Positions 28,697-43,215 of a stretch of DNA of 64,000 nucleotides are shown here, piece by piece. Source of the DNA: Perna viridis (lineage: Eukaryota). Below the pieces are notes generated by a model, which was not told the origin of the DNA, did no database searches, and was given only the letters and a program-made list of their open reading frames with translations. Every line of letters begins with the position of its first letter. The stretch's first letter is position 1. The translations under genes were made by a program, and so were the position numbers. The stretch is from positions 22,630,001-22,694,000 of the forward strand of contig CM074514.1 in NCBI GenBank assembly GCA_037379345.1. The letters are read 5' to 3'.

Positions 28697-29286
28697 AAAC
28701 ACTAGTCAGGAAATTGTCACTTTGCACCTTGAAGCTGAAGGTGAACACTCAATAAGTATCAGTAGCCAAATGTAAATTTTATTTGATTCTGGTGAGGTGG
28801 CGACAGAATTGCATTTAAACTGCTGTTAGATGAAATCTGTAGCCATTTTTGGGGTTGTACTTTTTATTTGTGAGGACTGAAAAAGTAAAAACAAAGCAAT
28901 AATTGTTCATCTTAAAAATTCTTGAACTTATGTATTTCTGTGTTTCTATCTTTATTTAAATCATTAAAAGGGTGATTTGTTTTAATTTTGTATTTCATTT
29001 GAAACTTGAAATTAAAACTCTAAAAGAATGACAAAAATATTTATTTTCTAAAAGAATTTAATTTATAGATCTAATTAAACAGATAAATAACTGAAAGTTG
29101 CCAAATGATTCACAAAATGTTAGAGCTTTCAAATTGATCAGACTAGTTCTAATTACACTAAGATTTCAGATGTCTTTACAAAATATGTTCTTTCACTCTC
29201 AAATTAATTTCAGATGCTTAGTAAAGCAATAAAGATTCATTTCAGAAAAATAGTTCCTAACACTTAGAATTGTTCTATTTTTAAAG

Positions 29287-29342
29287 CTTTGAAAACCCCT
29301 CCAGCTTTTGCAGAGCAAAGAAAATCTTTAGAAAGAGCTAAG
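29287..29342 (+). CDS. MRTF: MRTF exon C, RPEL1-2 spacer
   Basis: tttttaaag|...|gtaagt. Encodes PLKTPPAFAEQRKSLERAK, the conserved MRTF spacer. Confidence 0.93.
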
Positions 29343-29516
29343 GTAAGTGCAGAAAGGTAAAAGACTGCTATATCAAATATCATACTATTTATATTCAGGG
29401 CAACTAAAATAGATACATTGTCATTGTTATCAGTATAAGTTTTATTCAGTTGACTGATTGATTGTTTATCTACCCTTTTTGCCAAAGTTGTTCTCATACC
29501 TGAGTGTTGTTAGTAC

Positions 29517-29636
29517 TACAATGAAACCTGTCTAAACAAAGGCTTTGTTAACACAGGTTTGAAATACGAAGGGACATTAAAATTGTCTGGTTTAGACAGA
29601 ATTACAGATTATTTGGTTTTGACATGATTCATTGTA
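29517..29636. mobile_element. Decayed Tc1/pogo-type MITE related to 11594-11772
   Basis: tacaatgaaacctgtctaaac ... gttttgacatgattcattgta termini. Confidence 0.5.
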
Positions 29637-32600
29637 TGAGTGCAATCTGTAACAATGGAATATAACTGGAAAGGGAATTAAAAGTTTAGGAAAGTGGGTT
29701 CCATATTTCATTTTCACCATTTTATGATTATTTTCTACTAGTTTCTACAGTACTATTTATAGTCAAACTTGTTTTCGAATAACTGCTCAAAAAGTTCTTA
29801 AGCAAACAACTTGTTGACTGATGAAGAAGCCAACATAATGTATCATTTAGTAACAGCTGGAACTTATTGTCCCTTTACAATTCTGCTGATGAATGCTTTT
29901 TCTGGCAGTTATCTATTAGATACTGTCAGGCTTAGTAATCTCCTATTCAATAAAGTCAGCGGAGGCTTGCTTGATGTCATTGGATGTTGTACGTCAGAGA
30001 GATGTTTACGTTCATATTGTCATGGTAACTATGCCTACTCAAAGGGTGCAGGTTTTTTATGCAGTGAAAATATTATAGTCAAAGTGTGTTAATAAAGTAG
30101 TTATCACATAGTTAAGTATTGATATCATTAATCTGATAGACTTTGTTTACTGCCAAGTACATGGGCTTGTTTTTCAAAGATGTAAGCTATGAAGATCATA
30201 TAAAAGTTAAAAAAGTTCATGGAAATGATGAATTCCCATTTACTTGACTATGGTCATTTCCATGAAACTTGTCTGAGACTGAATGAAAGGCTTGGTTTAT
30301 TGGTGTATTAACAATTCTATAATAAACTATTTTTGGCCCATTCACAATGAACAGTACTTTTATTCTTGTTGATTGAAAACTTGTTCATGAACTTTTGTTT
30401 AGAAGGTTACATTGTTATACATTGTATGTTCTCTTATCATTTCTCAAAGAAATTAAAATAAAAAATATTATTTTGAAAAAGCTATAAATTTGATTTGAAA
30501 TCTTAGGATTCACAGTTTATATTATATAGAAAATACAATTGAGATTATCAAACAAAAAATATAAGTGTCATTTAAATTTTGAATATCAAAAGTCTGAAAA
30601 GCAGTTACTGATTTATACATGTTTTATATCTTACCATAACACTAACTTATACTCTAACCTTAATAAAAGCATTGCAGAAAGTTTTGCATATATAATTGAT
30701 CATTGTAAATGTGATAATTGTATCCAACTTCTATCACAATTTTGAAGCTCCATGTACATGTATGAGATATACTTGACAGAACCTGAATGAGGTGAATATT
30801 TATGGAGTAATTTGGACTTATTCCACATCACTCTGGCAGTCTACATGTTCATCAGCAGATGCTTATGGCTTGCAATTGCATTACATGTAATTCATTTACT
30901 TGATTGTTATTTTTTACTGTACAGTAACAGACTTTATTTTTTTGAAAGCCAACTTAGGTTTGAAGCAATGGCTAAGTGAAATGATTTTTGGCTTTTCCTT
31001 ACTAATGTTGTATATTGAACTTGAAACTTTTGGTTTTTCTGTTAAACTGTTAGTTTTTTTACTTTGGACATTACTTAGGGTATTATATAAGCCGAAGTTG
31101 AACAATTATGAATTCTTCCTTTTCCAAAGTTCTGTCATATTTATATAATTTGAACTATGTCAGATATTGATAATCTGTGGGTATGAATTCACAGCATTAG
31201 TCGATGAAACTATTTAAGCCCCTCCCTTTAATATAAGTATAAATTGTCTACAACTTGAATAGAATTATGTGTAGAAAGCTTTAGATGTTCTGTCTGATGT
31301 AAGAAGTGAGCATATCTTGGTTTTGTCAGATATCAGGCAAAAACAACTAGCTAATAATTTGTAGAAATTAAAAATAGAGATGTCAATGATAGGTATTTTT
31401 GGAATATTTTATGGAAGATTAGTTAGAAGAATGGTTGTGATATTTAAAGAATCCCTCAGTATTATCTGTTAGGTTCTGCATTGAATTTTTTAGATTATGA
31501 AAAAAAAAACAGAAAAATTATCTTGAACTTATGATTATTGTTAAAACTTCCTGTGAAATTAATGAGTTCACATGAAGAAACATTTAAGTATGTAGACTAG
31601 TGCATACTTTACAATAGTCGACTGTTGTCCGAAATGCACAATACCAAACTATTAAAACAAGTCTTTAAATAAAGTGAATGTTTTTTTTCTACTATGAAAC
31701 AACTACATGTTGGATATTCATTTAAGGGTTCATGTACTTAAAATATATGAGAAAGAATTAGAATAAAGTCCTTTATACTTTGAGGAATTTGGTCTTTCAA
31801 AAATGTCTCTGTTGTTATGGATATTTAGAAAGAACACCTACATTTATATGATGGTTATCAATGTTTTTGTATAACAAATTAGTTTTGTCAGCAAAAATAA
31901 ACAACAAAAACAAAACAAAAATGACTTGTTTTTTCCTTGATGGTTTTGTTTTCGGAAGATTGAGTGACTGTCTTAATTCTTGAACTATAGAATAGTTTAT
32001 ATCTATCAACTGACCAGTTAATCATAAGTGGAGTAATGTTCTATCATTCATTCAGAAAATCAGTCATAGATAGATATGTAAGGTAATGTATGGTTCAAAT
32101 GCTGAACACAACTACAGCTGATCGGCTGACCGTGAGTGGCACTTGACTAGTACTACCATTTAGATAAGTTGGATGTTGTTATGTTTTTGGCAACAAAACT
32201 GAAGATCTTTCAAGCACTTTAATTAAACAAATTTACACTCTTGATGAAAATGATGTTCCTGTAAGATGATTTACTGAGAATTTGAATGGAACTAATATAT
32301 TGGCCATTGACCTTGGTCGTTTACAAGGTCATATAGGATCTTTTTTTGAGTAAAACTAATTATTTTCTGTAGTTTTTTTTATATGTGCACTATTTATTAC
32401 TCCATCATCTGAAACAGTTCTGCCAGTGGTTTGGAAATTTTCCAGCTTCTTTGCTGTTACTTATATGCTACTTTTTCATTTATTTTTGCTAAGTTACATT
32501 TGCAGAAAATATAACAGACAGTCTAGATGAGGAAACCAGATGGTATATTTTGTTCATCTTATATCATTTCTGATTAAGTTATGTTTGATGCTCAGTAAAT

Positions 32601-35599
32601 AGTTAGATAAGAAATAAACCGTGTTTAGTCCTCCGCTGCTTCCTCTGTTATAACTATTACATACTGTCAGATTATATTGGGAAATTAAAACAAATCATGT
32701 GGAAAATCAAATCATAATATGTCGGCCATGACAGGCAATTATTTGTTTTAGGGGACTCGATGTTGGTCAGATGCCTTAATTAGTATTAAATTAAAACGCT
32801 GATTTTTGACCACCTAAACTATACAAGGACTCACTGTTAGTCAGATCTTCTAATGAGTACCATATTCTTACAATTTAAACTGTACATGAACTCACTGTTG
32901 GTCAGATCCCTGAATTAGTACCAAATTAACAAATACTAAACTTTATTATTTAAACTGTATGTTCTGTTGAAACAGTTGGACAGATGAAGTAAATGCTTTA
33001 CTTTTATATGGTTTTTTTAACCTATTTTTTGATTGTACAAAATTCTTAATATTTCTGGAATTCCTTTCAATTCATCCAACAGGTATTTAAAATTGATGAA
33101 AAGTATTTTTATCTGAACTTTTTTCAAGTTTGGCATAAGCATATCCCAACTGATAGACAAGACAATATCTCTCCAACAGGGAATTTATGAAGCATTGTTT
33201 CATGCAGATAAGTATTACATTTGATCATCATTGTGGAATAATCTCCATCAGATCAGTGGATTAGTTCTGTCCTTGAGCTGAGGAGGAATGTTGGCACACT
33301 CTGAGTTCTATGGTAATTGTTTATACATCATAAACACCCACATACAGGTTGTTATAAGACAGTTAGTTCTCTCTAATATTGTCTTGATTGAAATGGCAGT
33401 CTATCTGTTAACTCTTCTGTCTTTCATCTAAAATCATTTTCTCCCCTCTTTAATTATCAGATGTACTTATAGTTGAACTTAGAATTGAAAGTGTGTTGAG
33501 ATTTGACATCAACTTTTCCTTTGATGATTTCTATGTTGATGTAGACTTGGAATACTGATAAATGTAATAGTTGTTAATAATTTAAATGGGTCCTAAGTTT
33601 CAATATATTTTCAGACAGGATTTCTTTTTGCTTAATACAATGAAGCTTGCTAATGAAAAAAAATCAAATTAAGATTTTGAAGATCAGAAATTTTGTTCAC
33701 TTAAATTTGTCTGCTTTATTGGATGTAAAAGAGTCAATCTTTACTGACAAGAAAATTAATTCTGTTTATTCTGCAATCAGTAGATCAAATGTTATTCCTT
33801 AAAAGATGCTTTTATTCCTCCTGCTTGCAAAAGTTGTGTGCACCTATGTAAGTTTTTGATCTGAATGTTTTGTTTTGTTTTTGTTGTTGTTTTTTTTATG
33901 TGGAAGGGGGCTAGTACCATAATAAAATATGGACTTTGCCTTTGATTACTATTGGATATACCATCGATCTCTTATGTGCAACTCTACACCACTGAATAGA
34001 ATTTAATGAAACATTTGCAGAATAAATATTGAAGATGTGCACCTTCTATTTTATGTTATGATCTGAATTGGTTTTTTTTTTTAGCGAATCATGGTTTTTA
34101 TCAAACCCCAACATAAAGGGAGCAGGAGTCTTGAACACCTCTCTTGTTAAATCACTTTCTAATTCCAAGTAATATATGGATTTTAGCATTAAATGCATTT
34201 TGACCATTTCCCTTACTTAACTATTCAATGCAATTATGATAGGGTTAAAATAACAGCTGAAGGTTGGCTTTGATTACTCAACAATTATAGTTTAAATGAT
34301 ATTTGTGATCGCCTGATTTACTTGACCAATCAGAAAACATTGAGCAGTTGTGGACTTAGAGCAAGAATGTTCAGTTTTTCTTGTTATACATTCAAAATCT
34401 GAGTCTTATTCATACGCTGTACATATATTACATTTAAATGTAGTCCTAGGTTTGGTTATTCATTTATAATGGCCTTGACTTGTATCTCTGATGTAAATGT
34501 TGTCAGTTGTGTAATATATAAGTATTGTTCTTTGTGAAGAATAATTGATACTCAAATATCTTAAGAAACCTGTGCAGAAACTTTGCTATCTTGGAGTAGA
34601 CAACTGTCGAATACATAAATTATCTAAGGAAGTTATATGACTTTGATAATAAAGTGCAACATAAAACTGTTATACACACCATGTGCTGGCTAATTTCCTC
34701 TTTTATTCTGATGTCCTCTTTGCTGCTCTTCTTTATATTTTTATTTCTTGTCTAATTGATGGTAAAAATTCCATGTTAAGATCTTGACATTCCAGGGCTA
34801 CTGAAACAGTTTGATCAGGGATATGGCCATATGTTTTTATCATTGAAGAGTAGGTATACTAGTGCAAGTCATAATCACCAGTGTCTACTTGCTTGTTTTC
34901 ATTGCATTATTTTCTCTAGTAATTGGAATGTTTTTCATTGTTTGGAACACTGATTAATTATTGTTCTCCACTGTAGGTTTTCATCTGATGATGCTGAAAG
35001 CTGAACTCATCTTAGTTGATAAACTTTTAAAAATAGAAATCTTATAATTAATTCTCTAGCAGCAGGAACAGTGATAAATTGATAAATTCCTGACATTGAG
35101 GTAACCTTGTATCAGGTTCATTTGTTGTACCTTCTTCGTATTACCTGTCCTCAGGCATGAGTAATTTTGTTACCTTAATTTCATTAGATAATGTACTTTT
35201 TAAAGTAGTGATTGTTGCCCAAATCATGACTTTTCTTTTATTTATTTTACTTTTCTATGTCCTAAATATAGAAAAAAAAACAGGTTTGGATTGTTTTTTT
35301 TGCCACCTTCATTGTACCACTGTTTGACAATTGTACACTTATATTAATCATCAAGTTAGAGACCTGCAGATAAATCACTGCCAGACAAGTTTCACAGATA
35401 ATTAGCAAGATCCTGACTTTAAATCTACCTTGTAATTTAATTACAAACAATGCTTATCATAATATGGATGATTTCCAACCCTTGCAATAATCAGTATTTT
35501 GTATGAAACACCACCCTTGCTATTAGAATAAAGTTTTCATATATAGTGTTTCAGAAGTGATATGACTGTTAACACAGTTTGGATGTGTCTCTTCATTAG

Positions 35600-35985
35600 A
35601 ATTGATTGATTGTCAGGTGATATCTCATTCCAGTACCAGTTGGTATGCTTTGTAATGTTAGGTGATATGCTGGTCATTCCATAATCTGTGAATATGCTCT
35701 GCAATGTCAAGTGATATCTGGTCATTCCAGTATCTGGTAATATGCTCTGCAATGTCAGTTGGTATGTGGTCATTCCATAGTCTGTGGGTATATTGTGTAA
35801 TGTCAGGTGATATATAGGACACCAGACATTCCAGAGTCATTGGATATGTTCTGCATTATCTGCTCATATGTTGGCCATTCCAGAGTCATTGGATATGTTC
35901 TGCATTATCTGCTCATATGTTGGCCATTCCACAGTCAGTGGATATGTTCTGCATTATCTGCTCATATGTTGGCCATTCCAGGCAT
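35600..35985. repeat. 48-49-bp minisatellite
   Basis: cattccagagtcattggatatgttctgcattatctgctcatatgttggc at 35827, 35876 and 35925, with more diverged units upstream. Confidence 0.85.
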
Positions 35986-36459
35986 TATGTTTTGCCATTT
36001 CAGCTGATTCCATAGTCTAATGGGCATAGACCTGATTATTGGTTTGTTCAGGGTATCTGTCACTGAGGTGATGAAACTTATGTATTTATCTTAATCAGTA
36101 AAGCATGTTTCATGTCAGGCATACTTATATCCATGCTCTATCAACAACAGGAATGTAATGGCTATGCACCTTCAACTATTGAGATAATTTAACAGAAATT
36201 TAGAAACTTTGGAAAATGCAGCATTTAAGTTAATGAAAATTTAGAATTGACAGTTAAGTATTGAACTGTCATTTTCTGCTTCTACAAGACTCATTTATAT
36301 ATTAGAACCGCATTATAATAAATAAGGGTTAAGTCTTACTTTGTTTCATGGTTTTTATACCTTACCAAACAAATTGGTGAGGTATTTTACGAAACCCTCT
36401 ATTTTAGAACACAATTCTATTTTTGGTTCTGTTGTTATTTGTTATCCCATTGTTCAATT

Positions 36460-36910
36460 TTACACCCAGGGGAACTTAACTGGATATTAGTGGTAAAGAA
36501 ATACCTCCCAAGACTTACCCTAGGGGTTCATCACCAGTTATCAGTGGTATCTCCCAAGACTTACCCCTGGGGAACTTAACTGGATATTAGTGGTAAAGAA
36601 GTACCTCCCAAGACTTACCCTACGGGTACATCACCAGTTATCAGTGGTATCTCCCAAGACTTACCCCTGGGGAACTTAACTGGATATTAGTGGTAAAGAA
36701 GTACCTCCCAAGACTTACCCCTGGGGAACATCACCAGTTGTCAGTGGTAAAGGAGTACCTGCCAAGACTTACCAAAGGGGAACATCACCAGTTATCTGTA
36801 GTAAAGAAATACCTCCCTAGACTTACCCCCAGGGGAACCTCTCTAGATTTTAGTGGTAAAGAAGTATCTCCCTAGATTTACACCCAGGGGAACTTAACAG
36901 GATATCAGTG
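36460..36910. repeat. Minisatellite with 100-bp higher-order dimer of ~55- and ~45-bp units
   Basis: tggatattagtggtaaagaa at 36481, 36581 and 36681. ctcccaagacttaccc occurs in every subunit. Confidence 0.88.
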
Positions 36911-38339
36911 ATAATAAAGGATTCCCCCTAGGCTTACTACCGCAGGAATTTTACACTTCAGTATATAGCATGTGGTTGACGAGGAGTTATTGTTGATGAT
37001 AGGCAGGCCTTCTGTTTTATTTAATGAGGAAAAATTCAGGAAGAACTGTTTAGTACTGGCACATGTACCAATATGTGACCCTTTAGATAACTGAATATTT
37101 TATTTTTGTTCCATAAGATTATGTTTTTGTTCCAAAAGATTAAAACACAATAGTGTTTTCTGCAGTCTTAGTTGCTGATATTGTAGTTTCGAAATAAATA
37201 TTTATGTTTCAGTGGAATAGAGTTTTGTTCAACATGTAAACAAACTGATCATCTTCTACAGGATAAGTGTTGCTTCATGTACTTCATTAAATTTGAGTCA
37301 GTTTTGACACTGAGTGCATTTTGGGTGCATCTGTTTGGAAAAACAGGACATTAAAAATCAGATGTTTGATAGTATCTGAATATATTGTAACCACTGCTTT
37401 CCACCCCCTGTGGCATCTGGTTTCTGCAGACATTACTAGTACAAATTATGATTGAAAACATATGCCAATATATTCTTGCTTCTTAATCAAGGGAATGATC
37501 ATTCAATTAAGGATTATCATAATGGTACAGTGAGTGTATAGTTTTGTCATGACGTATGTGTGAAGATTTTTTTCACCATTAATATAATTATTAAAACCAT
37601 GTGAAATACTTCAAATATTTAGATTTCAATCTAATATTTTAAAGATGTTGTAATGAGCTTGATCAGTCTTCTAAATGAAGCTGTTTTCTTTGCAGAGAAT
37701 CAAAATAGAACCTATTAGACTCCAATACAAAACATTTTACATTAGTGTTTCATTAATTTGACGATAATATAAACCATGTTATAAACCAACAGAAACTTTA
37801 ACAATTAAGTCCTGAAAATAAATAAAAGTTACTAAAAATAAGTAAGGAAATAAAAAAATGAGCAATTTCTGGGTTATGTTAACTGTGAATTATCAAAATC
37901 CAGCAGAATATAAACATCATTACATTGGTTACATTAAAGTGGAGTCTACTGGAAAAATGGGTTTTCTGAAATATAATCTACACAAGTAATGAAAACAGTT
38001 ACCAACATTTAACACCATAATGTAGTATGTGTAATATATTTTTTTTATATGGATATCAGGCTATTGATAAATAGTACAGAACAAGGTGTTTATTTTTCTA
38101 TGACTGCAGTTTTCATTACATATATATAGTATACATTTTGAATTTCTTGATGTATCATTGTCTAGTTCTTTCTTATGGCCCATGGGTTAATTGAACATGG
38201 ATCATTTCACTAATATAATATAATAAGGCTTTCCTTTTTATTAGAAATTGCAGATGATTCAAACACCTAGCGATAACATTCAAATGTTAGCAGTTTCATT
38301 TTTTCCCAGTTTTACTTTATAATCATTTCTATTTTTCAG

Positions 38340-38415
38340 ACTGGTGACTTGCTGCGACATAAGATTTCACACAGACCAGACAGACAACAACTTGTTCAGC
38401 AACATATATTAGAAG
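38340..38415 (+). CDS. MRTF: MRTF exon D, RPEL motif 2
   Basis: atttttcag|...|gtatgc. Encodes TGDLLRHKISHRPDRQQLVQQHILE. Confidence 0.93.
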
Positions 38416-41400
38416 GTATGCAAGTTAAAGAGTGTGCTGAGCATGTCTCGAGTTCATCCCTTGTTAAGTTAAAGAATAAAAGTTTTGAAATTAGCATGTT
38501 GACTTAGTTTGCATTTTTTATCAACCATTTTACAGTTTTCTCTAGTAGAGTTGAGGAGGTAGACCTAGGGTAAAGGACATAACTCTTGAAATCAGTGATG
38601 TTTTGTATCATATTTAATTTCATCAAAGCCTATCAAGCTTTCATTTGAAACAGAATGAAATCAATCCAAGTAACTTTCATGCTTACATGAGATCAATGTA
38701 AAATGCTGAATACAAGCATTGCAATGATTTGTAAGAGTTGTGTCCCTTAGCCTGGGTTTACCGCCTTAAATCACTAGCATTTTTTTTATAATAAATGATT
38801 TATCAACATTTTTGTAATAAGTAAAATCATTTCAATATGTACAAGAAACCTGAAGGATTGTTCTTGTTTTATCAAGAATTCTAAAAGCTTTAAATATTTC
38901 GATGTAAAGCATTCCTATTCCTAAGAGTCTAATTAAAGTGTACATTGAAGTTAACCAGAAGCCAAAGTTTATTTAAAAAGTTTCAATTACTTAAATGAAT
39001 TGAAAGCAGTATGGTCAGATATTCTGCCAAATGAATTTCTACTTTTCTACACTTTGCTACATGACTAAAAGTTTATTTACGTAGATTTATTCTAATTTTA
39101 ATCTGGTCTTTGAACAGAAATGTTAAAAAAAAGATATAAAATTAGTAAATTATTAGATGCATCTTTGTTTTATTTAAGTATAGAGCTTATATCTAGATAA
39201 ATTAAATGGGAAAATGTCTGCAGGACAGTGTATATTTCTCTGTATTATCAGTTGAGGTGAATATCACAGATTCAGTAGTCAATTTCACAAAAAGTGATGT
39301 GTAATATTGATTGTAAGTTACGATATCACATCTAATTTCTATTATGACTTCATAACTTAAGACTAATTTTACACTGGTGACTTTTTATGAACTCGACCAC
39401 AGGTCCACTTAATTAGGTTGGATATTGGCATTGACATTGAAGCAAACTTGAACTTTAACCTTGACACAGATTAATATCTTGCTTGTTTAGCCAGAAGCAA
39501 TAGGATTGAGATGCTGTTAACATTAAGGTGTCACTGTCTATTGTATGATAATAGTAAGATAGATATATGGACATTGCCAAGGAATTCATCATCTGTAACC
39601 CTTGGAATCAAACCAAACTTCTCAGTCTTTGATTAGTATCAGGCCATCATGCTATTCCGATTTATCATTTGATGTAAGCCTATTAATTAACAGATGCTAA
39701 AAATCTAAATAGATAGACATTTCTAAACCATTTCAATACTGGAATACTTAACTTCAAGTGAGCAAGATACTTATTTCTATCAAACAGTATTTTAAAATAT
39801 CTGTTGGAATTACATAAATATATTATAATGTCATTTCAGTTGGTAGTTTCTAGAAAAATTTGACCACTCTAAAGCTCTGACTCACAGATCTGTTATTCAT
39901 TGAATGTGGTAATGAATATAATATTCTATGAATTTCAAATGTTACATTATATTTACGGAACCTTCTTCCTTCTTTAACATCACTGTCTGCTTATAGTGCT
40001 AGATTGAATTATTAATTAAACTCCCACTAAATGTCATTCCATACATGCAGATTTCATCACAATTATCTCATCTCCCAACGGATGGATCGCTTTTTAATAT
40101 GGTATGTGAGTGTAGATGGGGCATATGATTTTGTTGCCATCTAATATCAGCATTCTGTTTTGTGGGACTTATAAATGGGGGATATATTGTCAACAGTTTT
40201 GATTGCTGCTGTATAATTGGGGTATATCTAGCACAACAATGCATGCAATTTATGACTTCAAAAAGTCAAATGAAACAAGTACAGAATGGTATCTGAGTTT
40301 CAGGGAGACTCCTACATACCTGTAAAACCTTGGTTAAGTACAATGTACATCATATATATTACCAGAAATGATATAGATATGTCATAATATTAACTAAGTT
40401 ATAACCTTTGATAAATTACAAATAATAACATACAATAATTAATGGTTTTTTTCATGTCAGCAAACAAGTTCTGGTTCAGGTGTGATGCCAGAAATCAGAC
40501 CCTCCACGAAACCATTCTCATAAGCATATTTATTTCAGTATTTTCTTTGTATTACTTGAATGTACTTGCTCCAGTTGAAGATACAATACAATTCAACACC
40601 AGAGATACTTTCCCAAGACCAAAGGTTATATATTTAATAAGAGTTTCTATGAAATGCAGCAACCAAATTTAAAATTTTTAAAGTAAAATGGGATTTTAAA
40701 AAATAAATACTCGGCATCATAAATTCTGAGTAAGTCCATCTGCGCAAGTCAAGCGGGCGGAATCCCCTATCTAAAAATGTCATCCATTGGGATGACTTCA
40801 TAGTAGCCATCTACCTTTTATTCATCCATTTAATTTCCACCTGCATATTTATTGTAATAATTCGGTATTACAACTATTTTCTGTACTTTTTTTTTTATAA
40901 ACTCAATTTTCTTCATGTTGACTAGATAACTTTTTATGGCAAATATTGTTTTTGTGATTGTCGGACATGATTGGCATGCACTAGAAATTTAAACTATTTG
41001 GTTTGTGTGAATTAATCTCTTTGAAATTAAGATATTATGCCACAGAAGGAAGGCTTGGATTGATTTTTTTTTTTTGGGGGGGGGGTTGTGACTTGAACAG
41101 TTTGAGAATAAGGGGTCACTTTGATTCTGATGAAGTTTTTATCCTGTGTCAAAAATACAATTGCTATCAGAATTCAGAGCTGCATCAAACTTGAATGGTA
41201 AGTCCATATTTGTACCGCTGCAGTCATTTAAAGATACAAAGAAACATTCAATTGATTGAATGATTCTTATAATAAGGCACACAAAAATATTGAGTCGAAA
41301 GTAGAACTCCTTATTAGAGTTACAGTCCATGAAAGGTGAAAAATAATGTTGCTTTTTTTTTCATTTTTTAACCAATTCATATAGAAAAAATCTTTAATTA

Positions 41401-42533
41401 ATGAAATGATCATGTGATCAGCTCTATATAAGGTTCAACTGAGTCACCATATGAAAAGACTCCCAGTAGGAGTAGCTGCCCTTGAAAGTTAAAAATAGAA
41501 CTATTTTGCAGCAGATAGAGAAAATATTGCAATTTCTGATTATTTTTTTTTTTTATTCCTGACAACAAATATTCATAAGGTGAAAAAATTAGTTCCACAC
41601 TCACGATCAATTTAGGTCCTTTTTGGGCCTCTAGGTTTTCTTCCATGTCTTTTGAAAAATTAAAATTGAAATTGAAAATTAAATATTGAATAAGAATGGG
41701 TAAATGATTGTGTGATGGAACACACATGTTAATAAAGATTGAAGAATGGATTCTCTCACGGATTCTCTACTTCTCTATTATAATAATATATTATTTCGAT
41801 AGCAACTTGTTTTCATTGTTAATCGTTAGTTTTGATAGTTTTGAAAAGATCTATTACTGCATGAACTATATTTTTCCTGATTTGTGCATTAATTGAAAGG
41901 AGCACTTATTTTTCTACATATTCAATCCTTTTTGATTTGTATTGCAATCTAAAAGACTACATCAAAGAAAGAGGAGAATGATTCTGAAGCATGTCTGTTC
42001 CTACTGTTAGCATGAGTTTCTCTGTCTGAAGCCATTAAACACATGCTGTTCAGTATTAATTAAGATGGGTCAATGTCCTTTTACAGAGTTAATTGCTTAT
42101 TAGTTGATGTTCACAATCATTTACAAGCTATTCTATATAAAACATGAACTGCTTGTTTTCTTTTCAATCAGATTCTGAAATGGAGCGATAAGCAATTGCA
42201 TATCTACATTAAAAAAAAATATCATTGCAGTTATTTTCAATAGGTGAACTAAAAACTGTACACTTGTAAAATAGTAGTATTAAAATAAATAAAAAAATGA
42301 ATATGGTTGCAGTACGATACAGTATATACCGAATCTTCTTGTACATGCAATTATTAAATTTAAACTTGGCTTAAACAACATTGGGTGGATCAGTTAATTA
42401 TGTGGCTGTAAGGAAGGACTCATTTTATTAACCAATCTAACATACTTGACCACAAAGCAAAACAGACCATTTTGCTTGTTTTGACAAACAGTATTTTGAT
42501 ATACATTGCATGATCTACTCCTCCCTATTTCAG

Positions 42534-42698
42534 ATACCAAAATTGATCCATCTCTACATGAGCGACAACGTTTATTGAAGCGTGCTCGGCTTGTAGATGA
42601 TCTTAACGACAAATTAATTCACCGACCGGGGCCTTTGGACCTTATGAAAGGAAACATTTTAAAAACTGATGATGAAAAGTTAATGGAGGCTATTCAAG
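42534..42698 (+). CDS. MRTF: MRTF exon E, B2 basic element and RPEL motif 3
   Basis: ctatttcag|...|gtagct. Encodes DTKIDPSLHERQRLLKRARLVDDLNDKLIHRPGPLDLMKGNILKTDDEKLMEAIQ. Confidence 0.95.
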
Positions 42699-43215
42699 GT
42701 AGCTTATATTTTATTTCAAAGTTTGTTTAAGACAATAAGCATCTTTCTAAACACAGACATAACACATATACAGCGACCTGTGAAATAAGAATTTTCTGAA
42801 AAGTGGACCCTTTACAAGACACAGAGACCCTTCATTGACCTGTTTTATTGTTGATTATAACAGCATGGATTTTGGCTTTAAATGTAGTTTGAATAACAAA
42901 TTATGAAAGTACACGATATACATGTATAAAAGTTGAGAAGCTTTTCATTTGTATATACTTTCAGCTATATTTATAAGGTATTATTTCACACTCAAAACAG
43001 TATAATGAAATAAAGTACATATTATTCTACCTCTTACATTATGTAAAAATGCTAGTTACTCAAGAAATCTTCAGTTTTATATTGCTTCATGTGCAGTATT
43101 TATAATTGTTTTTGCATTTCAACAATATTTACTTCTTATTTCTTGCATATTAAATGTATTGCATAAAATCCTGATGTTAATAGGTGTTAAGATTTGACTG
43201 CTTTTCTATTTTTAG

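Noticed and set aside
14884-28775. Family of similar small hydrophobic ORFs (14912, 18009, 28449)
   Set aside because: They are copies of one T-rich non-coding repeat tail, with inconsistent starts and frames.
1767-28852. CArG boxes (1767, 2796, 7532, 28843) as SRF/MRTF autoregulation sites
   Set aside because: About four CC(A/T)6GG matches are expected by chance in 64 kb at this base composition. They are not clustered, and one lies within a repeat.
34985-35000. Minimal hammerhead core (CTGATGA..GAAA)
   Set aside because: There is no stem II pairing, and no compatible stems I/III or cleavage triplet.
36690-36875. Repetitive 61-aa ORF
   Set aside because: It is a translation of the minisatellite and has no splice context.
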